Part shown: positions 31,990-32,000 of the stretch, piece after piece
Layout: every line of letters begins with the position of its first letter
Position numbering within the stretch: the first letter of the stretch is position 1
Source: Candidatus Lokiarchaeum ossiferum
GTDB lineage: Archaea > Asgardarchaeota > Lokiarchaeia > Sigyniarchaeales > Promethearchaeaceae
Length of the DNA stretch: 32,000 nucleotides
Direction of reading: 5' to 3'
NCBI GenBank assembly: GCA_025839675.1
Contig: CP104013.1
Location: 4,770,001-4,802,000, forward strand
Notes under the pieces: generated by a model
The model's input: only the letters and a program-made list of their open reading frames with translations
Databases searched by the model: none
Told to the model about the DNA's origin: nothing
Made by a program: the position numbers and the translations under genes

Positions 31990-32000
31990 ATCAGAATTTT

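Noticed and set aside
1-32000. Search for CRISPR arrays, tRNA/rRNA genes, transposases, integrases, inteins and prophage remnants.
   Set aside because: No regularly spaced direct repeats were seen. No G+C-rich islands had cloverleaf or T-loop (ggttcgaatcc-like) signatures. No DDE or tyrosine-recombinase motifs were found. Cdc48, PEPCK and TFB have normal lengths without intein-like insertions.

Overview
AT-rich (roughly one-third G+C by eye) archaeal chromosomal segment with 23 credible protein-coding genes on both strands. I found no rRNA or tRNA gene, no CRISPR array, and no transposase, integrase or terminal inverted repeats. Ordinary archaeal genes (Hsp20, Cdc48/VCP, TFB, GTP-dependent PEPCK, GrpE, OsmC, a radical-SAM enzyme, LysE-type exporter) are interleaved with many eukaryote-like genes. 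These are a two-domain gelsolin, an Arf/Sar-like GTPase with a long N-terminal extension, a tandem pair of Rag/Gtr-like GTPases, a cytoplasmic FG-GAP beta-propeller and a membrane protein collinear with the CTL/SLC44 family. By inference this points to an Asgard (Lokiarchaeia-like) genome. The best candidates for undescribed biology are: (1) a conserved CxxC...CxxC zinc-ribbon module present both fused to the gelsolin C-terminus and as a free-standing 62-66 aa paralogue 4.3 kb away; (2) the tandem Rag-like GTPase pair, which lacks roadblock domains but shares a C-terminal acidic motif; (3) a 916-aa SIR2-like (SIR2_2-type) protein with intact catalytic Asn/His, four SHOCT-like helices and a TPR-like tail, lying tail-to-tail with (4) an Rpb9/TFS-type zinc ribbon fused to an RNase III catalytic domain, a nuclease family rare in archaea; (5) the CTL/SLC44-like membrane protein; (6) a triplicated 19-bp start-region repeat that creates two overlapping 10-codon uORFs ahead of cdc48. 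All family assignments come from reading motifs by eye. No database search was run.
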